This document shows positions 18,244 through 25,845 of a stretch of 64,000 bases of DNA, piece after piece. Below the pieces are notes generated by a model, which worked only from the letters and a program-made list of their open reading frames with translations, ran no database searches and was not told the DNA's origin. Made by a program: the position numbers and the translations under genes. Within the stretch, counting starts at the first letter, position 1, and each line of letters begins with the position of its first letter. Origin of the DNA: Candidatus Latescibacterota bacterium (GTDB taxonomy: Bacteria > Latescibacterota > UBA2968 > UBA8231). Where the stretch lies: positions 1,024,001-1,088,000 of the forward strand of contig OZ242318.1 in NCBI GenBank assembly GCA_965208105.1. Reading direction: 5' to 3'.

Positions 18244-19320
18244 TTACCAAGGGCCGATCTGTGCTCTAAATCTGGCCTCTTCCATCGGCGGACCCAGCCC
18301 GAGCATCGAGCATAACCTATCGTAGTGAGCCACGGCCCAACCTCTTCGCCAGTCAGGGAAGGCTTGTCCTTGCCAGTGGACTGATGAGCCAACGAGCTCG
18401 GCCCCCCATGTCAGTGAGGAGAGAGCCCAAGCGTGGTAATCAGCTGCCAGACGATGGAGTCGCTCCCAACAATCGTCTGGAAACGCGCGGTGGGTCTCAT
18501 ATCCATCCTGAAATGCACCGAAATATCGACGGTCCAGACCCAGAATAGAGGCATACAGAAGCGAAATCTCCAACGCGCCATCACAAATCTCAATTGGCCC
18601 GAAGTCAATGCACCCTGATAGACGAAAACCATCCGGCGTCCTGTCCAATATGAAGTGCTCTTCCCACGGTTCCTCACTTGCCAGTCCGGGCGGAAACAGC
18701 GGATCATCCGGCGGACGAGCCAGGTGTCTCTCAGCCCTTGAAAACAAACTCCTTACGTCGAGCTCCAGACTTTCTAGAATTAGACAAACTCTGTCCAGCT
18801 CATGCGCCACTCGCTCGCGACGCCGATCTAGGTGGTAGAGAGGGTCTGAGCGATGGTCATTGACCCTGGCGGATAGTTCAAGATGGTCGGCAGCAGCTAG
18901 AAGCGAACTCCCATCTGCCGTGTGATAACTCGCCATCCCCTCCCCAAGACCACAAAAGAGCTTCAGACGTTCAACTTCATCGACTTCCTGCCAGAGCAGA
19001 TCGAGGCGTTTTCCAGGACACTTTTCCGTAATGAGGTACGACGCGTCCAGCGACAGATCACGTTCGCACCAGGTAATAACCCTTGGCGTCGGAAAAGCTG
19101 GCTCTACCTCCAGGAGTCGATAGTCTTCCTCATCTTCCTTGAAGGCGAGAAACTGGAGAGCGTAGGTATCATCCAAATAGTAGATGACTTTCTCGTTCCC
19201 TCTCCCTTCAGATTCTATCTTGCTCGGATCTGGAATTGAGTGGCGAGCACAGATCTCGGTAATGTCCTCGCGAGTCAGACGCTCTCTAAAATCGTCCTCT
19301 GGCCGCCCTATGCGTTCCAT
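18244..19320 (-). CDS. APH/kinase-like fold protein (cassette)
   Basis: FPTPRVI..YLITEKCPGKRL and SGCIDFG. The HGD catalytic loop is not recognisable. Confidence 0.65.
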   Translation of the reverse strand: MERIGRPEDDFRERLTREDITEICARHSIPDPSKIESEGRGNEKVIYYLDDTYALQFLAFKEDEEDYRLLEVEPAFPTPRVITWCERDLSLDASYLITEKCPGKRLDLLWQEVDEVERLKLFCGLGEGMASYHTADGSSLLAAADHLELSARVNDHRSDPLYHLDRRRERVAHELDRVCLILESLELDVRSLFSRAERHLARPPDDPLFPPGLASEEPWEEHFILDRTPDGFRLSGCIDFGPIEICDGALEISLLYASILGLDRRYFGAFQDGYETHRAFPDDCWERLHRLAADYHAWALSSLTWGAELVGSSVHWQGQAFPDWRRGWAVAHYDRLCSMLGLGPPMEEARFRAQIGPW

Positions 19321-19350
19321 CGGCTGACATCCTCTCAAGCCTGCCGTTTC

Positions 19351-19454
19351 GCTTAACATTTACGCCGGTTTGCGAACGCCGAGCTGGCCGAGGCGTTGCC
19401 CGAAGGGCCAAGACGCCCGCAAGGGCGGCGCAGCGCAACACCGTGCTGTTACGC
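19351..19454 (-). repeat. attC site
   Basis: gcttaac..ccggtttgcgaacgcc..ggcgttgcccgaagggccaa..accgtgctgttacgc. Confidence 0.9.
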
Positions 19455-19481
19455 GCTGGTCTGTCTCAATCAATCTCGTGG

Positions 19482-20453
19482 TCAATCAAGCTCCTCGATG
19501 TTGCGTCTAATACAATCGAGTACGAGATCAATTCTGGAGTCGGGGAAAGATGCACTTCCCCACGCGTTGATGTAGAGAGACGGCGTTCCAAGACTGAAAA
19601 TATTGCGTGCTGCCGCGAACGCTGGGATTGCCTGCAATTCCCAATCTCTCAGCGGCCGAATCTCCTGGTACCCCTTGAGGAAGGCCTCCGCGTTCTCCTC
19701 GGGTGCCTTCCAGTACATGACCTCCGTGAAGTAGGTCGCGACATCATACACGCGCCAACCCAACCCGCAAAAATCGAAATCCAAAAAGCTCATTGCGCCG
19801 CTTGGGCTTACTTTCGTGTTTGACGCGCTCACGTCACCGTGCAGAAGCCCATAAAACGGCTTCTCCTGCTCCAGGCTGCAAATTCTGGGCTCAAGGATCG
19901 CGCAGACCTCCTTGAGGTAGGCGACGGACTCCGCCCGATGAGGTACTGCCTCCCGGAAAGCCTCAATGGGTCGTTGTACCATCATGTTGAAATCAATGCA
20001 CGGACGGTTGATCGCTGCCTTCATTGAATCGGCAGCCGAGTGTATCCTGGCGATTTGTGAGCCCAACTGCGCAACTGTCTCCACACTGGGTGTCCGGCTG
20101 AGATGATCCCCATGTATGTATGCGAACAATACGCCGTGACGCAGGCCTTCAGGCGCTTCGAGCGCAAGCATTCGGGCATCGTCTTTTGGCCGAATTGGTG
20201 GCCCAACAGACACACCCTCCCTATCAAGGTGTTCAATCAGATCGAGCTCAGACTCGATCTCGGCTGAATTTCGGCTGAGATGTTGATAAACACAGAGAAC
20301 GAAATCACCTTCGGAAGACCACACACGGTAGGTGTCACGAATTGTACCCTTGATCAACTGACAGTGCACCTGAGACAGACGAAATGCGTCCTCGATGATC
20401 TCAGAGAGGGCGTTCGTACATAGAAATGACTTACTGATCGGTAGCGGATTCAC
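19482..20453 (-). CDS. Phosphotransferase, type II homoserine kinase/APH family (cassette)
   Basis: LLHGDVSASN and FLDFDFCG..WRVYDVA. Confidence 0.85.
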   Translation of the reverse strand: MNPLPISKSFLCTNALSEIIEDAFRLSQVHCQLIKGTIRDTYRVWSSEGDFVLCVYQHLSRNSAEIESELDLIEHLDREGVSVGPPIRPKDDARMLALEAPEGLRHGVLFAYIHGDHLSRTPSVETVAQLGSQIARIHSAADSMKAAINRPCIDFNMMVQRPIEAFREAVPHRAESVAYLKEVCAILEPRICSLEQEKPFYGLLHGDVSASNTKVSPSGAMSFLDFDFCGLGWRVYDVATYFTEVMYWKAPEENAEAFLKGYQEIRPLRDWELQAIPAFAAARNIFSLGTPSLYINAWGSASFPDSRIDLVLDCIRRNIEELD

Positions 20454-20501
20454 TTCATCAATACTTCACCAATGTCTGATCAACGGCTGGAACGGACTTG
20501 C

Positions 20502-20600
20502 GCGTAACGTTTTCACCGGTTGCGAACGCCGAGCTTGTCGAGGCGTTTCCCGTAGGGACAAGGCGCGCACTCGCCGCAGCGCAACACCGTGCTGTTACCC
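20502..20600 (-). repeat. attC site
   Basis: gcgtaac..ggttgcgaacgccgagcttgtcgaggcgtt..cgcaacaccgtgctgttaccc. Confidence 0.9.
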
Positions 20601-20631
20601 GATGGCGGCATCAAGGAGAAAGCTACCGAAC

Positions 20632-21174
20632 TCAAACACCTGGCCGCCCAAACTCAACCGAGGCCGTATCAGTCAGCTCGATCTCGTCACCCAGAGCGTG
20701 TTCTGCAACACGAGACACAACAGAAGCTGAAATATCTTCGAAAGGATACGTGGCGTGAGCATCACGAATAAGCACAACTTCCAGGCTCCGGGTCAAGGCC
20801 CCTCGAATCGTTGCACTGACACACATCTCGGAGAGCAGACCGGCTACCGCAATACGGTTCACACCATTGCGTGTGAGAATTTCTATTAGATCAGTGCCGG
20901 CGAATCCGTCGTCCCCTGTTTTGCGCAACACCAACTCCTCCGGGTTTAGCGCTAACTTCGGATGGATGAACCACCCAGGCGTTCCGGGCTCGTCAAGAGT
21001 ACCCGGTGGACCGTCGTTCTGTAGATGGACCACAAGAGTCCCAGCAGATCTTGCGGCGGCCAATAATGCGACGAGGTGCTCTAGAACCACGGCAGAGTCA
21101 GGGACTGCTCGTTCTCCTTCCAACAATCCTTGCTGCGCATCAACTATGAGTAGGGCTGTGATTGATTTTTTCAT
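20632..21174 (-). CDS. Isochorismatase family cysteine hydrolase (cassette)
   Basis: ALLIVDAQ, RKTGDDGF, AGLLSEMCV, DAHAT. Confidence 0.9.
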   Translation of the reverse strand: MKKSITALLIVDAQQGLLEGERAVPDSAVVLEHLVALLAAARSAGTLVVHLQNDGPPGTLDEPGTPGWFIHPKLALNPEELVLRKTGDDGFAGTDLIEILTRNGVNRIAVAGLLSEMCVSATIRGALTRSLEVVLIRDAHATYPFEDISASVVSRVAEHALGDEIELTDTASVEFGRPGV

Positions 21175-21253
21175 GCAAGTCTACCATTCACTGGCCTGGT
21201 CCACCTCCATGAGAAGTATGTCATTTGCAGGCTTTCTCGATCATGCCGCTTTC

Positions 21254-21334
21254 GGGTAACGTTTTCGCCGTGCCCGAACCGCGTAGCGGTTGCGCGAAGG
21301 GCGAAGCCCGAAGCCGGGCACGGACGTGTTATAG
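21254..21334 (-). repeat. attC site
   Basis: gggtaac..cgtgcccg aaccgcgtagcggtt gcgcgaagggcgaa..cgggcacg..gttatag. Confidence 0.9.
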
Positions 21335-21380
21335 GATGTGCCAGACGGGGGTAAAGGGGAAACCCTTTCTCCGACACATG

Positions 21381-21944
21381 TCATGCTTCAAGCGACATCC
21401 AATGCCTTCGGCAACTGAACGCCAGTTCATAGAGTGCAGCGAAATCCTGATCGTCATCGGAGAATAGTTCTGCAGCTTTGCTATAAGTGACGGTCCGGAC
21501 TTCAATGATGGAGCTGTCACGATCAGAATCTGACGGAGAGCCAACCCGATCTGCATCTGCGCACGAAACAACTCTCACATGAATGGGGTGGGGAAAATTA
21601 GGTAGCCTGGGTTGGGGTTCTCTTGATGTACAATGGTACATGCCCATCGGATAAACATTGCTCAAGGCTGCACCCGTTTCTTCCATGACCTCTCGATGCG
21701 CAGCCTGCAGCCAGTCCTCTCCAAGTTCCAAGGTGCCCCCAGGCAACACCCACCTACCATTCTCGCGCATGGTCACCAGGCACTCGTTCTCCGAGACAAA
21801 CGGAATTACATATGACGAGCCGCAGCACGAAGCTACGATTTCGGAATCGAAGTTGACGAAATCGATTCCCTCTCCCCTACGACTCTGTAACGCCGGAAAA
21901 TCTCCGGCCAATCTGTCGAAATCGGCCTCAGCCAGAAACTTCAC
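21381..21944 (-). CDS. NUDIX hydrolase (cassette)
   Basis: Nudix box GGTLELGEDWLQAAHREVMEETG. Confidence 0.9.
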   Translation of the reverse strand: MKFLAEADFDRLAGDFPALQSRRGEGIDFVNFDSEIVASCCGSSYVIPFVSENECLVTMRENGRWVLPGGTLELGEDWLQAAHREVMEETGAALSNVYPMGMYHCTSREPQPRLPNFPHPIHVRVVSCADADRVGSPSDSDRDSSIIEVRTVTYSKAAELFSDDDQDFAALYELAFSCRRHWMSLEA

Positions 21945-21967
21945 ACCATCTCCTCATCTGGCATTTC

Positions 21968-22051
21968 CTATAACGTTATGCCGGTTGCCGAACTCGCGAA
22001 TGCGGTTGCGCGAAGGGCGAACGCCCGGAGCCGGGCACGGACGTGTTATGT
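21968..22051 (-). repeat. attC site
   Basis: ctataac..gaactcgcgaatgcggttgcgcgaagggcgaa..gggcacggacgtgttatgt. Confidence 0.88.
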
Positions 22052-22080
22052 GTTTTGTGCCCTGCGGTGGGGTGGGTGGG

Positions 22081-22356
22081 CTACTTGAGGGTCAGTTCCA
22101 AACGTCGACCAAGCGCGTGTGTCACCTTGCGCAAAGTCGACAGCTTGATGTCCTCGGCGTGATTCTCCATACGCGATATTGCCGTCTTTTTGGTTCCAAT
22201 GCGCTCGGCAAGTTCATCCTGGGTCAAGCCCGCGGCTTCTCGGGCTTGCCGAAGTAGGACTCCAATCTCGAAATCTCGATAGCCCTCCTCAAATCCTTCG
22301 GCAAAACGAGGATCCGTCTTCTTCCTGCGCGAAATGTATTTCTCCACATCACTCAT
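22081..22356 (-). CDS. higA: HigA-like XRE HTH antitoxin (cassette)
   Basis: LRQAREAAGLTQDELAERIGTKKTAISRMEN. Lies directly downstream of the RelE-like toxin. Confidence 0.85.
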   Translation of the reverse strand: MSDVEKYISRRKKTDPRFAEGFEEGYRDFEIGVLLRQAREAAGLTQDELAERIGTKKTAISRMENHAEDIKLSTLRKVTHALGRRLELTLK

Positions 22357-22716
22357 GACGATGCTCCTCTCTTGCGGCCTAGATATTCTAGCCGATAGCG
22401 CTCAGCTCGACGAATTTCACCTCGGTCGGTCTTAGCGGTCTTCTTGGAATACCCGTGTGTGACAACGAGGTCGCCGCCGTACACAAAAAATGAAAAGAAC
22501 CGATAGGCTCCGCTGGACGTTTTCACCCGGCACTCCCAGATGTCGTCGGTGCCTACTAGCTTCTTGAGATATTGTCTCGGAACGCGGGTCAATTCGTTCG
22601 ATCAAACGAAAGACCCACAATACCTTCTGAGCATCACTCCCGTCGAGCCTGTCGAGAAACTCCCGAACAGGACATCTGCTGTCCTTCGTACGGTAGAATT
22701 CAATGGATCTGCCCAC
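22353..22716 (-). pseudogene. higB: HigB/RelE (gp49-like) toxin, frameshifted near 22587
   Basis: The N-half (IEFYRTKDSRCPVREFLD) and C-half (YLKKL..IWECRV..YRFF..THGYSKKTAKT) are in different frames. Confidence 0.8.
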
Positions 22717-22722
22717 GCATTT

Positions 22723-22751
22723 ATGTTAACACGCACGTTAACCTAAGTCAA
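22723..22751 (-). promoter_or_regulatory. TA cassette promoter with palindromic operator
   Basis: Minus strand TTGACT-17-TAACAT overlapping GTTAAC-N6-GTTAAC. Confidence 0.7.
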
Positions 22752-22764
22752 CAGGGCACATTGC

Positions 22765-23040
22765 ACATAACGCTTTGCCGGTTTGCGAACCATTGGTTCG
22801 CATAACGGCCGCCAAGTCCTGCTTATCTGAAACGAAGGTACCTATTGCGGAGAGCAGTCGCAACTAAAGTCCTCAAGACCGTATTTTCTCTTAACTCCTT
22901 GATATAATTTGAAATAAACCGATTTTCAACAATTCCGCTCCGCGCGGCGGCGAGCGATCCATCAGGGACCCTCCTTTTCCCTTGCGAAGGTTCTCTGCGA
23001 ATTGCATAGTACCAGTATCGGTCCCTTATGTTCCCGTTCA
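22765..23040 (-). promoter_or_regulatory. Conserved array leader copy 1: attI-like site, Pc-like promoter, IHF-like box, divergent promoter
   Basis: Homologous to 56087-56365. Minus TTGCGA-17-TACCTT (22863-22835), minus TATCAAGGAGTTA (22904-22892), plus TTGCGA-17-CATAGT (22982-23010). Confidence 0.75.
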
Positions 23041-23112
23041 TCCAGACAGGTTCGGGTATTTCGCGAAGTTATCAAAGCGGGATAAACCTGCATTTCCCAA
23101 GGAGGTCGGGCC

Positions 23113-25224
23113 GTGAAATCCTGGTACAGCCAAGTCCTGGAGCAAGGTGATGCTGCCCTGCGGGCCCAGGTAGCCAGAGCCTTGCTGAAGGGGCGCAAGC
23201 CCCGGAAGCCCAGGAAGCCGGACCACTTCGGCCGCATCGTCGAATACCTGCGCAGGGGTCACCACTGCTGCGGGGTGGTGCAGGGGGACCCGAACAAGTC
23301 GAGGTCTTTGTGGGTTCTGAATCAGGAGGGCAAGGAGGCCTGGGTGAGCCATCGCAAGCTCATCGACATGTCGAGCGAAAAAATCGGGCTGCGGCAGCGC
23401 CATGAAATCGTCCGCGCCCTGCGCCAGGTCAACCGGCGCCGGGAGAGGATAAAGGGGGAGCTGAACCTGCGGCCCCTGTGGGAATTGGCCGCCGAGGAGC
23501 CGGACCGAAAATGGGCCCTGAGCGAACTGGCCGAGCTCTACTTCGGGGAAGACCAGGACAGCGACCGCCTGACCGCCCTTGCCCGGCTCCTGGGAGAGGG
23601 GAAGTTTTTCTCCCGGCAGGAGCAGCACTATCTGTCATTGCCGGCAGGCAAAGTGGAAGAGCGCGGCCGGGCATCGGAGCAGCGGCACCGCGATCGAGAC
23701 CGATTGGAGGAAGCAGCCCTTTGGCTGCGGCAGGTGGCGGATGGCAAAGAGGGCGCCCGGCCGGAGGGGGCCGCGGAGGCCATTGCCGTGTTGGAGCAGG
23801 CAGCCCTGTTCGAGGGAGAAAGTCCAAGGGCAAAAGAGGCGGCCAGGTTGATGAAACAGGCGCATCTGCACGGTCCGCTGGCGGCCTTCGATGTCCTGGT
23901 CAAACTGGGACACTGGGACGTGAACGAGAATCTCGAGCTGCTGCGCTGCGATGTGCCCGTGGACTTTTCGACAAAGGCCCTGGCCGAAGCGGCGGAGCTC
24001 CGCGGGCTGCCTGCGGCTGGACGCGGGCGGCGCTGGTGGGGCCGGCGGGTCTACGGTTTTTCGCGGGATGGGAAGGTTTGTGACAGGGCCTTCAGCGTGC
24101 GTCGGACCCTCTTCGGATACAAGCTGGGCCTGCACTTCGCCGTCCCCGCCTTGCTGGTGCAACCAGAGGGCCGGGTGGAGGTGGAGGCCATGGAACGCGG
24201 GGCTTCCATATACCTGCCCGATGGTTCGATCCCCATGTTGCCGCCTTCCCTGGCCGCTGCCGCTGGGCTGACTCCAGGGGAGCGCCGGCCCGCCCTGACC
24301 GTGGAGGTGCGCCTCGATCTCCGCCGCCAGATCAAGGGGTTTGCCCTCCGCCTGTGCCGGGTCAGGCCGCGGATGGTCTTGCGCATGGAGGAGGCAGAGG
24401 CCCGGCTGGCCGCCGATCCGCACCTGCGCTGGTTGTACGATCTGGCCCGGACCCGGCGGCAGACGCGGCGACAGAGGGGGGATTTGATTCTGGCCGCGCC
24501 CGAACTGAACATGGATTTCAGGGAAGGGGCGGTCCGGATCCAGCGCCTGGAGGCGAACCAGGCCGGGCCGCTGATCTGCGAGGAGCTGAAGTTGCTCGCC
24601 CAGGAGCTGGCCGGGGCGTTTTGCGCTCGAAATGGCATCCCATCGGTCTACCGGGTCGAGCCTGTTTCCCCCGGAATCTCGGTGGAGGGAGAGGAGTACG
24701 ATGCCGCCCGGGTACACGCAGGGAAGAAGCAGATGTCCCGAGGAAGGCTGCAGACCGAACCCCCGGCGCACGGCCCAGGGAGGGTGTGCATCGGCCATCC
24801 CCTCGATGGCTACGAGGATCTGCTGATGCAGCGACAACTGCTGGGCTTTATTGCCGACGGCACCCTACGGTACGTCCGGGAGGATTTGGCCCGGGGCCTG
24901 AGCGCCACCGCCCTGGCGCGCGAGACGGCAGCAAAGGTCATGGGCTCGGCCCGGCACTACTGGCAGCTGAAGTACCTGGAGGAAAAGGCGGGAGAAGAGG
25001 TGGAAGGGGTTGTGCTGGAACGCGCCGGGGTTGGAATCCTGGTCGAACTGGACTGTTGCCTGTTGAAGGTCTTTGTGCCCGGGAGACGCGAGACCTGGGC
25101 CGCTCCGGGAGATCGAATTCGGGCAATGGTAGGCCTGGTTTCGGCGCGCCGGGATTTGATTCGTCTCGAGCATCCCCGGCCTCTTCAGGCCGGTGCAAAA
25201 GATTACTCCTCCGTTTCTCTTTAG
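23113..25224 (+). CDS. RNB-domain (RNase II family) protein with degenerate catalytic motifs
   Basis: EAMERGASIYLPDGSIPMLP and GERRPALTV motifs plus a C-terminal S1-like domain. The Asp cluster and SPIRRY motifs are altered. Confidence 0.8.
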   Translation: MKSWYSQVLEQGDAALRAQVARALLKGRKPRKPRKPDHFGRIVEYLRRGHHCCGVVQGDPNKSRSLWVLNQEGKEAWVSHRKLIDMSSEKIGLRQRHEIVRALRQVNRRRERIKGELNLRPLWELAAEEPDRKWALSELAELYFGEDQDSDRLTALARLLGEGKFFSRQEQHYLSLPAGKVEERGRASEQRHRDRDRLEEAALWLRQVADGKEGARPEGAAEAIAVLEQAALFEGESPRAKEAARLMKQAHLHGPLAAFDVLVKLGHWDVNENLELLRCDVPVDFSTKALAEAAELRGLPAAGRGRRWWGRRVYGFSRDGKVCDRAFSVRRTLFGYKLGLHFAVPALLVQPEGRVEVEAMERGASIYLPDGSIPMLPPSLAAAAGLTPGERRPALTVEVRLDLRRQIKGFALRLCRVRPRMVLRMEEAEARLAADPHLRWLYDLARTRRQTRRQRGDLILAAPELNMDFREGAVRIQRLEANQAGPLICEELKLLAQELAGAFCARNGIPSVYRVEPVSPGISVEGEEYDAARVHAGKKQMSRGRLQTEPPAHGPGRVCIGHPLDGYEDLLMQRQLLGFIADGTLRYVREDLARGLSATALARETAAKVMGSARHYWQLKYLEEKAGEEVEGVVLERAGVGILVELDCCLLKVFVPGRRETWAAPGDRIRAMVGLVSARRDLIRLEHPRPLQAGAKDYSSVSL

Positions 25225-25386
25225 CGATCGGCCTCCTCGGACGCAATTTTAATGGCCATTCCACCGAGTACATGTGGGGTCTGCAATTCAACTCGAACCG
25301 GGTGAGGCTTTGGCGTCCCCATCTCGCAAAGCTCGCGAAGCTCCAGCCGACTGGGGCAGCGTTGCGGCGATCGCGGTAACTCGCCC

Positions 25387-25552
25387 CTAGTGTCCCGTCG
25401 CAGAGATAGGTTGGCGCAATTGGGCCGCCGAGGCGCCTGGCTCACTAGGCGCCTGAGCGAGTCGTACATGTGGTGTACGGCGAGTGAAGGCAACGCCGTG
25501 AGCCAGGATGGATCGTCGGAAAAATGGCGAAATATTTCTGCGACGGGACACT
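25387..25552. mobile_element. MITE-like non-autonomous element with ~20-bp terminal inverted repeats at a CTAG site
   Basis: agtgtcccgtcgcagagata (25389-25408) versus tatttctgcgacgggacact (25533-25552), 19/20 match. Confidence 0.75.
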
Positions 25553-25569
25553 GATATGTATTGACGGTT

Positions 25570-25845
25570 GTCAACCCCCTCCGGGGTGGTCGTTTCGGGT
25601 GTTATCTTTGCATGAGTTTGTTCGGGAACAGAAGGGACGCTGTAGCGACGGTTGATCCGACTGATATTCGCGGGTTGGTTACCGCCTGTCCTGGGTGCGT
25701 CGCGGAGCGGCCTCAATCTAGAGTCGAGGGTCAGCCTGATAGGCGCCTCATAGTGTCTTCGAGGATTCTCCTGACCGGTCCCTTCTGTCCCGTTTCGATT
25801 TACATGAGCAAAGGTCCTATGCCGGCTTCTGAGACGATGAGCTTA
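25570..25845 (-). ncRNA. Candidate bridge/seek RNA region of the IS1111 element
   Basis: ~280-nt non-coding region downstream of the transposase. It contains GACACTA and TCTAG, which match the reconstructed target GGGACACTAGACC. Confidence 0.5.

Larger units (their letters stand above)
13074..22771 (-). mobile_element. Integron gene-cassette array 1 (about 11 cassettes, 10 attC, no integrase)
   Basis: Co-oriented unrelated ORFs separated by ~80-100-bp imperfect palindromes bounded by xxxTAAC...GTTAxxx. The two ends of each cassette are reverse complements. Confidence 0.92.

Noticed and set aside
13768-22051. Recurrent repeats read as a CRISPR array or REP elements
   Set aside because: The spacers are whole genes of 0.5-1.2 kb, the repeats have R-box ends and cassette-specific complementarity, and no cas or RAYT gene is present
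23005-23020. LexA box at the divergent leader promoter (tagtacc..gta)
   Set aside because: Spacing differs between the two copies and the host LexA motif is unknown, so it cannot be supported
22823-23041. Similar short ORFs in both leaders (72 aa here, 70 aa at 56039-56251, sharing LVATAL.NRYLRFR)
   Set aside because: Starts and stops differ between the copies, and the shared residues coincide with the promoter and IHF-like motifs. They most likely reflect DNA-level conservation, though a peptide is not strictly excluded.
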